In this document: positions 18,694 through 28,760 of the stretch, piece after piece
Numbering within the stretch: the first letter of the stretch is position 1
How the letters are laid out: each line of letters opens with the position of its first letter
From: an uncultured virus (IMG/VR IMGVR_UViG_3300021499_000001)
Taxonomy: Duplodnaviria; Heunggongvirae; Uroviricota; Caudoviricetes
DNA: 64,000 nucleotides
IMG/VR virus record: IMGVR_UViG_3300021499_000001
Strand: one strand, 5' to 3'
Position numbers and translations under genes: made by a program
Notes under the pieces: model-generated
Databases searched by the model: none
Seen by the model: only the letters and a program-made list of their open reading frames with translations
Told to the model about the DNA's origin: nothing

Positions 18694-19903
18694 TACGATT
18701 ATAATTTCATGTGATCAAACACCTGATGTTAATACTGTAAATGAAACGACCGTCCGTCTTTATTATAAAGATTATCCCCTGCCGCCTTCCTATGATTGCA
18801 GGGTAAGTGGAAATAATATCGAGGTGATACCGGTTGAGCCATGGTTAGCTGGTTATACAATAATTTTGACTGTAGTTGGAGAGCGATATGGTGTTAAGTC
18901 TATTGAAGGGGAGGCCCTTGAGGAACCAGTTTATACATTTGCAATAGCTGTATTACCTGCAGAGGAACCTGGCACGGCGCCTTCATATGAACATGCATTA
19001 ATTGTAACGGCAACAATACCAGAGGATTATTATACAAATTATACAGACAATCATATTAAGTTTTTCTTCAATGTTCCTATTGATCCAAGTATCGAGGATG
19101 CATATGAGGAACATGTTTTTATACATATTAAGCCCGTAATAGTTTTGCCTCCTAATAGTCGTCTGCCGGTGCCACCTCAAGGCTATCTTGCGCCCGAGGC
19201 TTATTCTGTTGATGTTGACGGTACTACGATGACTATAACAATAGGTGTGCCTATTTATAATGCTGAGATAAATGTGAAGATTGTTGATATCCATGCATTA
19301 GATATAAGCTATGTTCCTATATCGAGCTATGAAATAGTATTTACATATAGGTATTCACCTCTTCTTTACACTCCTGATTATTTTGAGGTTGATCTACCGG
19401 ATGATGTTATCTATCGGTACATTTTGAGGGCGGAGGCAATAGCCGACACACTTTATCCGGGTATTCTTGATTGGAATGACCCTGAGTGGTGTGTTGTTAT
19501 GTTTGTTTATTATATGACGCAGCGGCTTATTTTAGAGCGTCTTTATGGCATATTAGCAATAATGGGTGGTTCATTTAGCAAGAGATTGGGCGATTTGCAG
19601 ATATCGTATAACATTAGGCCTGATAATGATTTGAATAAGTTGTTAGGTCCTCTTTCTGCGTTGGTGCGTAATAGGTGTGCTAAGGTAGCTTTACATGGTG
19701 TCATACCGGGGCGTTTTGTCTATCCAATACCATATCACCGTCCTGATATAGCATGGCGCCGCTTCCCCATATTGAAGGATTATTTTATTGAGGAGCCTAC
19801 GGTATTTATGGGTGATCGGGCATGGGATTATGGTGTATTTTTCAGGAAGCATATGGATCAATTGGAGACAGGTAGAGAGGTGCTTGGTGAAGAGAATGTA
19901 TGA
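18653..19903 (+). CDS. Ig-like domain protein, putative head-tail adaptor
   Basis: Two SbsA/Big_5-like repeats (TIIISCDQTPDVNTVN; HIKFFFNVPIDPS) and a C-terminal SKRLGDLQISY adaptor-type motif. Confidence 0.6.
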   Translation: MRVEVEQTSVNVNDTIIISCDQTPDVNTVNETTVRLYYKDYPLPPSYDCRVSGNNIEVIPVEPWLAGYTIILTVVGERYGVKSIEGEALEEPVYTFAIAVLPAEEPGTAPSYEHALIVTATIPEDYYTNYTDNHIKFFFNVPIDPSIEDAYEEHVFIHIKPVIVLPPNSRLPVPPQGYLAPEAYSVDVDGTTMTITIGVPIYNAEINVKIVDIHALDISYVPISSYEIVFTYRYSPLLYTPDYFEVDLPDDVIYRYILRAEAIADTLYPGILDWNDPEWCVVMFVYYMTQRLILERLYGILAIMGGSFSKRLGDLQISYNIRPDNDLNKLLGPLSALVRNRCAKVALHGVIPGRFVYPIPYHRPDIAWRRFPILKDYFIEEPTVFMGDRAWDYGVFFRKHMDQLETGREVLGEENV

Positions 19904-20435
19904 GAAAACTACCTTTACTGATCCGATAAATCTGCGTGTTGAGATGGATTTTTTTATGGATGGTGGGGGTGGTATAGGTCCCAAGGGACATTATGTTATT
20001 TTACGGCATTATTTAGTCGATCAGAAGTCTGATTATCACTCGCACATAACAGGAGAAGGGCATGGCGGGCCGGCTTACAAATTTGAGGAAGCTTGTATAA
20101 AGACACGGCGAGTGCCATTTAGATCGATGCAACAAGAAGCTGACATGACTCAGGTTGGTGAAGTACAGAATTATGATTATATTTACTATTTTAGGTACGA
20201 TGATGTGCCGTTTGATTTACTTCCGGGGGATCATATTTATGAATTACAACCGCCTTATGATTTAGAGGGTAGTGCGGATGATGAGGAATTACTCAGGGTT
20301 CCGCGTTATGCGCGTTACCGTATAGGATTTGTGCATCATTATAGAGAACGTTCGGGGCGTGTTGAATATGTTGCGGCATTAGTTACTTATGACAGTATAA
20401 GTAGTGAAGCCCCGCTTATGAAGCAAAATGGCTAA
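19896..20435 (+). CDS. Putative head closure/neck protein
   Basis: Synteny; beta-rich YIYYFRYD..PGDHIYEL. ATG 19896 overlaps the upstream gene end. Confidence 0.55.
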   Translation: MYEKTTFTDPINLRVEMDFFMDGGGGIGPKGHYVILRHYLVDQKSDYHSHITGEGHGGPAYKFEEACIKTRRVPFRSMQQEADMTQVGEVQNYDYIYYFRYDDVPFDLLPGDHIYELQPPYDLEGSADDEELLRVPRYARYRIGFVHHYRERSGRVEYVAALVTYDSISSEAPLMKQNG

Positions 20436-21126
20436 TGGTAGTAACACAGCGCAGTTTGTAGATCTTATTTTTGATCCGCGATTTCTTGATGCATTGAAAT
20501 CTAATGTTATACCGAGGCCGATAAGATATGGTGAGATCTTATCCTTGTCGCAGTTATTTGGTGTTATAAAGCAGGTTATTGAGCATCTGAGGCCACAGTG
20601 CAAGGTTTATCCGGCATATGGAAAGCATTTTTTGTATGCTTATGGTCTTGTTGATGATGAACCTGAGGCGGGCTTCAAAATTCCAGATGAAATTATCGGT
20701 TATGTATTATATAGTGCAGAGCCTGCGACGATGGGTGGGTCACAACCCGGTTCAAGTCCACAGGTGCGGCGGCCCCGTCCGGTACATAATGCTTTAACCG
20801 TAGATGTGGATTATGCTGCACAGTTATATTACTATGCACTTGATGCGTACATTGATTTTTTCTTTTTTGCGAAGGATACACAGAGCATATATGAATTGAT
20901 GGATTGGTTTCAGGAATTGATGTTTTCGACGCTGTCGCCTTTGTTAAAATATCTAGGTGTAGAGCAGGTTCATTTTGATTCGGCGGGCTTCGATGAATAC
21001 ATGCGTTCTGTTCGACCAGAGGTTGTAATTCCGATAATGAGGTATTATTTTAGGATACAGCGTCTGTATGTTTCGTATCAGAAGATTATCAAAGCAATTT
21101 TGTTTAGTCTTATAGAGGAACAATAA
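20428..21126 (+). CDS. Putative tail terminator/completion protein
   Basis: Immediately upstream of the sheath; size and alpha/beta pattern compatible. Confidence 0.5.
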   Translation: MANGSNTAQFVDLIFDPRFLDALKSNVIPRPIRYGEILSLSQLFGVIKQVIEHLRPQCKVYPAYGKHFLYAYGLVDDEPEAGFKIPDEIIGYVLYSAEPATMGGSQPGSSPQVRRPRPVHNALTVDVDYAAQLYYYALDAYIDFFFFAKDTQSIYELMDWFQELMFSTLSPLLKYLGVEQVHFDSAGFDEYMRSVRPEVVIPIMRYYFRIQRLYVSYQKIIKAILFSLIEEQ

Positions 21127-21147
21127 ATTTAACATAGGGGTGGAAAA

Positions 21148-24100
21148 ATGCCAAGAGATATAAGAGTAAGATTCAGGCCTACGTTGGTTACCCCTCAGAT
21201 AAGAGGGGGGTTTCCCACGCTGGGTGTTTTGATTATTGGTACGGCGACTGATGGCCCGACAAATGAGCCGGTTATTGTAAGGGGTCTTGAGGAAGCACAA
21301 GAGATTTTTGGCAATTTAGGTGAAGGGACTCTTCTGGAGGGTTATCATGAGTTTATTACAGGTGCGTCTCGTGGTGCAGATCTGCGTACTGTTGTGGGGC
21401 TTATGAGACTGGATTTTGGTGAGTATGCTAGTGTAGAATTACCAGAACCATCGACAGGTACAGGGCTAAGTGAGCCGATGGGTGCAACGGCGCTTACTAT
21501 TAGAGCGAGATATAAAGGTGAAATATACAACATGTTTACTATATCGTATAAAGCAGTAGCTGGCGGGTTTGCTGTATCTATAGTTGTACCGGCTGAGAAG
21601 GATCCATCGGGAAAAAGCCAGGAATATGTACTTCTGTGTGACCCATCGGGCAGTAATACAGAGCTTATAAATAATCTTACGGAGCTGGCAAATGCTATCA
21701 ATCACCATCCAGTGCTGGCACGTTGGTTGTATGCAGAGGTGAACCTTCTTGATAGTAGATATTCAGCATTTATATCTAATGGGTTTTATTCGGGAGCTGG
21801 TGAGTCATTTAATGCGTGGGGTGTAGGATATAATGATACTGATAAGGTTATAGATTTTGTAAGCCGATTTAGTGGCTCGCCTAGTAGTGATGTATTGGAT
21901 TCAGGTGGAAGTGATACATTAGGGCAGTATCATCCTTATACGATATTTGGAACGACTCCTGTTAATGTAAGAGCAACATCACTTGATAATATACAAAATA
22001 TAAGGAATTTTGGAAAGCTGGCATTGTATGACGTATCTGTGGATGCTAATACAAAAATTGCTAATTTAGGTGTCTATCCTCTTATACAGACCAAAGCTGG
22101 TGCAACAAAATTTTATCCCATAAGTGCATATAATGATTATGATGATGATGGTATGTATATCGATGTACCTAACTATTTAAGGAACTGGGATACTCCTTCA
22201 ACGGCTAAATATCTTATACCGGGTAGGTTTCCTGTGTCAGAGGCTGTCTTTTATATGGATGTGATTCTGAACCCCAGCGGGGCTTCAGGGGATGTGAATT
22301 ATGTTGAAACCAATATGTTCTTGCCTATAGATATTTATGGTGATGATGCCTTAGCTGATCTTATTAATGCATCAAGTGTCAGTGATACGAGACGATTTAG
22401 TTATAAATGGATAATACAGACAGAAGCCAAGACAGTTTATGATAGTGGAGCGTCTACTTATACAGGTTGGATGTTACCCCTTTTCCATTCTCCAATGTCA
22501 TCTGTTGGTGGATTGATACTATTTTATCAAAAAGATAGTTCACCTGTTGATGAACTTGATACAATATTTGGATTATGGAAATATCTCTATTTAGGTGTAC
22601 CTTCACAGGTAGGTGGATCAGCACCTGATTGGTATTCTACCACGTCAGATGCAGCCACATTAAAACTTATTGATACGGGGGATAGTGAGAAAGTTCATAT
22701 AGGTTTAGGTCCTGCATCAGCATTCTTCAAGAAGACTGATGTTGTTGCTCATTATGGTAATGAGACATCACCAGATGAAAATTATACTAATGCTATAAAT
22801 ACAGACGTGACAGATTTTGATGGTTCGTATTCAGGTAATGAATTCAAACTATATTATTCAACAGATGGTTCATCTTGGCATGAGATTCCTCTATATTATG
22901 AATATGATGGCGAGTATTGTTCAGGCCTCACATTAGAATGGACGTTTAATGGGCAAACAGATTTGGCTGCCTTAACTGATTTGAATACATTCAAGATTAA
23001 ATTCTTTGATGGGATCACATGGGCTTCAGAAGATGATCCTGAAATTAAGGAAATCCAGTCAAAGTATCCGTTCCTTGAGGTTGCAAAAGATCCCAGTACT
23101 GGAGAATATTATCTCGTCATAGCTGCTGGAACAAGAATAAGATTAACAGGTTATACGCCGAAGGTGATGTTGAAGTACCTGCCTTCGAGGGCGGCGCTTA
23201 ATGACTGGTATGAGTACACCGTCTATCAGGATAGGATTGAGTTCGGTACCCCTTATCCATATACAATTAAATTCAAGGTTCATTATCTCAAGGAATTTGT
23301 TGAAAATGTTGACTACATATATGATTCCGCACAAGGAACATTCCAAATGCTCGATGCTGAGCTGATCCCATCTGATAAGCTAACATTGCTGTATATGGAT
23401 TACCAGTTTGAGCCTGAGTGGTTTGATACATCTCGTATCTATACATTATCAGGTGGTTCATCTGGGTTTGAGAGGGCGCGGCCTCTTGAGTACTATGCGA
23501 AGTTCCGTACTGCTCTGCAAGCCATAAATACAGATGATAGATTTGATATTATAGTGCCTAAAGGAGCTTATATAGATACAGTTGATGAGGTATATGATGC
23601 GTCTATATCCTCAACGACATACGTTAATGTTGGATATATAGATCTCTTTGATGAATTTACACAGAAGCGTGCTGATGATGGTAACCCAACGATTGTGATT
23701 CTGGCGGCAGAACCTTATAAGCCGGAGACGGCTATTGTTGGTTATACCCGTGAAGGTATAGCTAATTGGGTAACAAGGATGACTGATACTACATCAATTG
23801 ATCCTCGTTCGCCGGCAGGTTTAGTTGCCTCAGTGACTGACAACCCGATGATGTGTGTTACTGTCATGCCTATAGCACTTATAGCACCTGGTGGTACTTA
23901 TTACATATCAGACGGTGCTGCATTCCTTGCAGGTCTTGCGGCAAGATTCCATTATGTACCACGCACTGCAGCTAATGAAAGTCTGTACAATCTTGCTCTT
24001 CCTAATGGGGTCAGACCTGCATTTAGACTGTCGGAATCACAGGTTGATGCATTGCTTAACATGCGTTACATAGTGTTCCATATGGGTCAGGATGGAGCGC

Positions 24101-24432
24101 CGCGGCTTATGAGAGATACAACACTTGCTCAGCCATTTAGTTCATTAAGTGCGCTGACCCATTTGGCCGTACTATTACGTATTAAGCAGGGATTCATAAG
24201 AAGGCTGCGGCCTCATATTGGTAAGATTGTCAATGCTCAGACAAAGATGGAGATTGATGCAGCTATTACATCCGAGCTGGCGCTGTGGCAGAAAAGTGGT
24301 ATCATACAGCAGGCTATAGTTGATATTGATTGGGCAAGTCTTGATGGTACATTAGGAGTATTACCTGTGCATATTACGATCGTAAGGTCACCCATACTGA
24401 AGGGTGTTGAGATAGATATAGTTGTGCGTTAA
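21148..24432 (+). CDS. Tail sheath protein, enlarged (1094 aa)
   Basis: N-terminal LIIGTATDGPTNEPV..EEAQEIFG; LTIRARYKGEIYN; LSGGSSG; C-terminal GAAFLAGL..LSESQVDALL..PHIGK..LKGVEIDIVV. Confidence 0.9.
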   Translation: MPRDIRVRFRPTLVTPQIRGGFPTLGVLIIGTATDGPTNEPVIVRGLEEAQEIFGNLGEGTLLEGYHEFITGASRGADLRTVVGLMRLDFGEYASVELPEPSTGTGLSEPMGATALTIRARYKGEIYNMFTISYKAVAGGFAVSIVVPAEKDPSGKSQEYVLLCDPSGSNTELINNLTELANAINHHPVLARWLYAEVNLLDSRYSAFISNGFYSGAGESFNAWGVGYNDTDKVIDFVSRFSGSPSSDVLDSGGSDTLGQYHPYTIFGTTPVNVRATSLDNIQNIRNFGKLALYDVSVDANTKIANLGVYPLIQTKAGATKFYPISAYNDYDDDGMYIDVPNYLRNWDTPSTAKYLIPGRFPVSEAVFYMDVILNPSGASGDVNYVETNMFLPIDIYGDDALADLINASSVSDTRRFSYKWIIQTEAKTVYDSGASTYTGWMLPLFHSPMSSVGGLILFYQKDSSPVDELDTIFGLWKYLYLGVPSQVGGSAPDWYSTTSDAATLKLIDTGDSEKVHIGLGPASAFFKKTDVVAHYGNETSPDENYTNAINTDVTDFDGSYSGNEFKLYYSTDGSSWHEIPLYYEYDGEYCSGLTLEWTFNGQTDLAALTDLNTFKIKFFDGITWASEDDPEIKEIQSKYPFLEVAKDPSTGEYYLVIAAGTRIRLTGYTPKVMLKYLPSRAALNDWYEYTVYQDRIEFGTPYPYTIKFKVHYLKEFVENVDYIYDSAQGTFQMLDAELIPSDKLTLLYMDYQFEPEWFDTSRIYTLSGGSSGFERARPLEYYAKFRTALQAINTDDRFDIIVPKGAYIDTVDEVYDASISSTTYVNVGYIDLFDEFTQKRADDGNPTIVILAAEPYKPETAIVGYTREGIANWVTRMTDTTSIDPRSPAGLVASVTDNPMMCVTVMPIALIAPGGTYYISDGAAFLAGLAARFHYVPRTAANESLYNLALPNGVRPAFRLSESQVDALLNMRYIVFHMGQDGAPRLMRDTTLAQPFSSLSALTHLAVLLRIKQGFIRRLRPHIGKIVNAQTKMEIDAAITSELALWQKSGIIQQAIVDIDWASLDGTLGVLPVHITIVRSPILKGVEIDIVVR

Positions 24433-24462
24433 GTCTGGATCTTGGTCAGGTGGTTGTTGGGG

Positions 24463-24501
24463 AAGCCCTCCGTTTATCAAAAGCGGGGGGCTTTTTCTTT
24501 T
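24463..24501 (+). terminator. Intrinsic terminator after sheath gene
   Basis: AAGCCCTCCGTTT-ATCAA-AAGCGGGGGGCTT followed by TTTCTTTT. Confidence 0.75.
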
Positions 24502-24517
24502 GGTATGTTGTCTTGAG

Positions 24518-24751
24518 ATGAAAGATGTGAAGATATACATTGATGATGGTATTTTATATGTGGAGTTTCATGATTTTTATGATCGGGCTGATATATTGAT
24601 TTATGATGTGAAGGGTCGGCTTATGCATGAGGGTAGGGCGGCCGGCTTAAGCGTCTATACACATGACATATCTCGTTATGCAAGTGGCCCTTACATTATT
24701 GTTGTTTTGGTTAATGGAAGAAAGTATAGCAAGGTAGTCACATTGCATTAG
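24518..24751 (+). CDS. Stand-alone T9SS type A C-terminal sorting-domain-like protein (77 aa)
   Basis: ILIYDVKGRLM..THDISRYASGPYIIVVLVNGRKYSKVV matches the IYD-x-G, D-x-S-x-x-x-G-x-Y and terminal K motifs of Por-secretion CTDs. Confidence 0.7.
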   Translation: MKDVKIYIDDGILYVEFHDFYDRADILIYDVKGRLMHEGRAAGLSVYTHDISRYASGPYIIVVLVNGRKYSKVVTLH

Positions 24752-24766
24752 TATTAGGAGGTTATT

Positions 24767-25624
24767 ATGGGACTGACATTAAGTTCTAATAAATATGCTA
24801 AGACGTTTAATTCCTTTTCAGGTGCTGATATATTCATAATCTTTGAGAACGCTACTGTGGGGACGATAACCCAGCTATCTTGGAATATAACGAGGGAGAA
24901 GGCCCCTCTTTATGTCCTTGGTCATGTTGATGCTGTGGGTACATCACGTGGTAAGAGAAGCATTGCGGGTTCGCTTACAGGTCTGATCTTTGACCGTTGG
25001 ACACTCTTTGATCTGGCATGGGGATCTGACATTACAGGTGAAGGTGGCCGTACCGGTGAGTATGCTGAGTATGCAAGGAAGACAGGTGATATCTTGGTGC
25101 CGGGTGATTTGATGTTTGTGGATTATGCTGATATATATGGCACTGATGTAGCACCGGGTACTAGAGCATGGCCTGTAGGTGGTGGCGGGTCTGCTGAGGA
25201 AGCATGGAAAAAGATGCTTGGTTGGGAGCCTAGCAGGGTTGTGTATGCTGACCAAATGCTACCATGTGATGTAACGATTGTTGGTATTAATGAGGCAGGT
25301 AACTTTATGGTTTCAAGGATTTTTGGTATAGATTTGCTATCAACAGGTGCTGGTATATCAATTGATGATGTAACTATGGAGGAGCAGTATACATGGTTTG
25401 CTATGTCAATGCTACCATTTTTACCGAGGTATACAGGCGGTGAAGGTACTGGCTTAGAACTTTATAATCTCCTTAAGGAGTATTGGGGATTGCCGGGTTC
25501 AGAGATGGCGTCGTTAAAGTCAGCTATGGAGACAATAGCTAGAGCAAGTCGTTCTGGTTTAGGTACTGGTAGCACTACTGGTGGAACAAGTACTGGAGAA
25601 ACTAGTACTGGTGGGGGAGGTTGA
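24767..25624 (+). CDS. Tail tube protein
   Basis: Strong AGGAGG RBS; follows sheath; FSGADI..LSWNITREKAPLYVLG..RGKRSIAGSL..EEQYTWFA; Gly/Ser/Thr-rich tail. Confidence 0.75.
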   Translation: MGLTLSSNKYAKTFNSFSGADIFIIFENATVGTITQLSWNITREKAPLYVLGHVDAVGTSRGKRSIAGSLTGLIFDRWTLFDLAWGSDITGEGGRTGEYAEYARKTGDILVPGDLMFVDYADIYGTDVAPGTRAWPVGGGGSAEEAWKKMLGWEPSRVVYADQMLPCDVTIVGINEAGNFMVSRIFGIDLLSTGAGISIDDVTMEEQYTWFAMSMLPFLPRYTGGEGTGLELYNLLKEYWGLPGSEMASLKSAMETIARASRSGLGTGSTTGGTSTGETSTGGGG

Positions 25625-26787
25625 TGAGGTTAGAGGATGCTGAAAGCAAGCAGTATGTATTTAGTTTTAGTGGTGCTGATTATATACCGTTTGCTTTTGT
25701 GGGGGGGCGGCTTCGTGCGCTCCCCCTTGTTATGACGATTACGGCTTCTTTCGTTGCTGACCAAGCGCCGGCCTTAACCCTTGGTAGTAAAGTACCATTA
25801 ACGATACGACCCGGTCATGTTACTGTTGCGGGCTCCATTATAGGTGCTGTGAGTGACGTGCATCCTCTTTTTCCATTGACATCGCTATTTGTTAGAGATG
25901 TGCGCTTCGGTACTGATGTTGCGCTAAGGACATATGAATTACCCCTTTTTGATATTATTATTGTTGGTATTAATGAGGTAGGTAGGACAACTGTTGCGAA
26001 GGTTTATGGTGCGCGTATTCAGCAGGGAGGATATACATATTCAATCCAAGATCTTTACACAGAGACAACATTTCAATATAGGGCATTGGATATGGATGAA
26101 CCTCAGGTAGCACCTGTTATGGAAGGTGAGATGATGCATTATATTAATCCAGCCATATTTTTTGACCGGCTTAATAGGATTCCTATCTTAGCGAAGAATA
26201 AGGCGGAGGTTGGTGCTGTATTGGGTGTTATTTTAGCATTACGGGCTAAATTGATAGATATATATGATCGTATTGCTAGGGCTCCCGAGCCAGAGGAAAG
26301 AGAGAAATGGATTAATGAAGCGTCTAAAGTCCAAGAGGAAATTAGGCGTTATGAAGATGCTTTAAATAAGACATTAAGATTGTATTCTCGTACTGTTATT
26401 TCGGGCAACCAATTTGCAGATGCTGTGTTTGGTGATTTAGTGTGGCCTAGAGATTTGCGTTATAAAGAAGTTGAAAAAGATTATATTTACCCGCAACGTT
26501 ATTATGCATCAGTTGGTGATGTGCAAAAAGTTGGCACATATCAATGGAAGTATGAGCATGAATATGATCCGTGGAATGATTATTTTTATTTTGCTCAAAT
26601 GTATATTATGTTATGGAATTCATATGTGAAAGGTGATGTACCAATGCATGATTTATATAGAAAGTGTCTCGACTTTCGTGCACGTTTAGTGTCAGCTATG
26701 TCAATATATGATGAACATCATGGATTATATGAAAATTTATTGAGGCATTATGATGAATTGATAAAGAGAGTAAGGAAGCGCTTATGA
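25621..26787 (+). CDS. Tail-tube paralogue (tube initiator-like)
   Basis: Shares SFSGAD, AGS, IVGINE-G and terminal F-Y-A motifs with the preceding gene; helical C-terminal extension. Confidence 0.7.
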   Translation: MMRLEDAESKQYVFSFSGADYIPFAFVGGRLRALPLVMTITASFVADQAPALTLGSKVPLTIRPGHVTVAGSIIGAVSDVHPLFPLTSLFVRDVRFGTDVALRTYELPLFDIIIVGINEVGRTTVAKVYGARIQQGGYTYSIQDLYTETTFQYRALDMDEPQVAPVMEGEMMHYINPAIFFDRLNRIPILAKNKAEVGAVLGVILALRAKLIDIYDRIARAPEPEEREKWINEASKVQEEIRRYEDALNKTLRLYSRTVISGNQFADAVFGDLVWPRDLRYKEVEKDYIYPQRYYASVGDVQKVGTYQWKYEHEYDPWNDYFYFAQMYIMLWNSYVKGDVPMHDLYRKCLDFRARLVSAMSIYDEHHGLYENLLRHYDELIKRVRKRL

Positions 26788-28733
26788 TAGTCCGCCGTTT
26801 TGTAAATACTAACATATATAAGAATCTACAGGAGAAGCAGGGCATAACAGACAATGATGGTACTGTTTCCTATAAGCCGGCTGAGGAAACGACTTTTGAT
26901 ATACCTTACTTAGAGGATTTTTATACCCCTGCGCTCATTACGCTTTACTTTGATGGCATAAGGATTGCTGAGGCTGTTTTTGTGGAATATGTTTATAATG
27001 ATCAGAAGATACCTGTTTATGGTTATGGGGATCGTTATGTTCGTGCATTTGAGGAGGGGCATCATTTAATAAGCGGGCGCATGGGGTTTTTGTTTAAGGA
27101 GACGGCTTATTTATCGAGTGTTATTGATTTGGTATCAGGAAGCCGGCTTATTACCACACCCGGAGGTGAAAGTGCTGTATATGCATTGCTGCAGAGAGTG
27201 CTGAATGATCCTGAGGTTAATGAAAAAGTTGAATATATGAGGCAAATTTTGACATCGGTGTTTGGGTTGGAGCCCTTCAAGGTTGGGCAGCTTAATGCTA
27301 ATCAGATGATTAACTTATTAAAGATCTATAAGTCTGTTATTTATATGACTGTTAATCCCCGTTATGGCGCTACAGGTCCTTTGGTAACAGAGGCAATGAA
27401 CAGTAGTGAAGCGCTTAGTTCTCCTTCGTCGCCATTGGTATGGAAGATCGGCTCGCCTCATGTTATATCTGCAATGTTGGATATGGAGGATGTCTTTGGT
27501 GAGGTGACTGTTGAAGGATTGTGGGAATCGGTGGAAGATGCATTGTGGAGTAAGGAGGTGCCGGGCTTAGACATTGCACCCATCGTAGAGCATGACTTAG
27601 GTTATACGGGTTATGGGTATGTAATATCTGATAAAACATTTGATGTTTTTATAAGGTATGGTGCCGATGGATCAAGTATTACGGACCATACAGTTGAGGT
27701 TATTAATGATGTCCATCTTGTATCAAGTGGTAAGAGCATCAATGTTGGTTCACCTGATCTTGTTGTTGAGGTTTTGGAGTTCATAGCGCGTACTAATAAT
27801 CGGCGGCTTAATATCTACCAGCATAAACAGGTATCAGAGACGGATGAGCTTATTTCACCCCAAGTTGTTGATAGTAAGCCTACTAAGCCTAAACGTACAT
27901 ACCAAGCACAGGCGCAGACATTGGAGAGAAAAGTGTCTGAAAAGCATGATGAAGAATGCAATGTGTATTTATGTGGTAAGTGTGATACTGGAGAAATCAT
28001 ACGTGTAAAGGTTGTTGGTGGTAAGTATGAGATGCAAACACGTTTTGATATCCTTTTATCTAATACGGGGTTAAAGGTTGAAATGGCTGGATACCAGTAT
28101 GGGCAATTAGGGCCTTTATATCTGTATAAAGAGATTGTAAATACTTATGATGTAGAGAGAACTGTTGATACTTTATTGCAGAATATTGCATCTGTATCTG
28201 CATCATATAAAGTAGAAAATGGGGTCTTCCCATTGGAAAGAGATATTTTATTACAGGCATGGGGGGCTGATTATGATCAGAATGAATATTGTCCATTTGG
28301 TTCATTGGAAGAAGTTGTTACTAATTTGCTTCCTGATTTTTGTTTGCATTATATAAATGCACTAATGAGATATAATGTACCACCTGATACCATTATAGCT
28401 GATATAAAAGCAGGTATAGATTTGGCAATGGGACGAGTGGGATTTACCTATGTAGAGTTTCCAATTGCAATTGCATTACCGGGTCATGAATCTGATTTCC
28501 TGTCAAGTATTTCAAAGTACATGCGGGGAGTCCCTGATACTACATATGATATTTATGATGGCCTAAATATCAATATAGTAAAGGCTGTTTTATTACTAGA
28601 ACATATGGGGGTGCATGGTAAAATTATGGAGATACCATTATATTTTGTGACGGTTAATTTAGGGTTGCGCCATTCTTTGGATGTATTTAAAAATAAGCTT
28701 GACACATGGACATTCCATCATTATTATTATTGA
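26784..28733 (+). CDS. Divergent tail-tube-fold baseplate protein
   Basis: KIPVYGYGD..EGHHLISGRM..DVHLVSSG..LEFIAR align by eye with the tube motifs, with large insertions. Confidence 0.55.
   Translation: MIVRRFVNTNIYKNLQEKQGITDNDGTVSYKPAEETTFDIPYLEDFYTPALITLYFDGIRIAEAVFVEYVYNDQKIPVYGYGDRYVRAFEEGHHLISGRMGFLFKETAYLSSVIDLVSGSRLITTPGGESAVYALLQRVLNDPEVNEKVEYMRQILTSVFGLEPFKVGQLNANQMINLLKIYKSVIYMTVNPRYGATGPLVTEAMNSSEALSSPSSPLVWKIGSPHVISAMLDMEDVFGEVTVEGLWESVEDALWSKEVPGLDIAPIVEHDLGYTGYGYVISDKTFDVFIRYGADGSSITDHTVEVINDVHLVSSGKSINVGSPDLVVEVLEFIARTNNRRLNIYQHKQVSETDELISPQVVDSKPTKPKRTYQAQAQTLERKVSEKHDEECNVYLCGKCDTGEIIRVKVVGGKYEMQTRFDILLSNTGLKVEMAGYQYGQLGPLYLYKEIVNTYDVERTVDTLLQNIASVSASYKVENGVFPLERDILLQAWGADYDQNEYCPFGSLEEVVTNLLPDFCLHYINALMRYNVPPDTIIADIKAGIDLAMGRVGFTYVEFPIAIALPGHESDFLSSISKYMRGVPDTTYDIYDGLNINIVKAVLLLEHMGVHGKIMEIPLYFVTVNLGLRHSLDVFKNKLDTWTFHHYYY
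28699..28727 (+). promoter_or_regulatory. Sigma70-type promoter candidate
   Basis: TTGACA (28699-28704), 17 nt, TATTAT (28722-28727). Inverted repeat TGTTAA-ATC-TTAACA at 28734-28748 follows. Confidence 0.6.
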
Positions 28734-28760
28734 TGTTAAATCTTAACAAAGGGGTGGTAT

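Noticed and set aside
24422..24517. N-terminal extension of the CTD-like ORF given in the track
   Set aside because: It overlaps the sheath stop and runs through the terminator hairpin. ATG 24518 is the more plausible start.
25562..25620. Imperfect 15-bp repeats, and the GAACCA repeats near 9890
   Set aside because: They encode low-complexity protein tails or linkers (TSTGG, EPEPEP) and need no DNA-level explanation.
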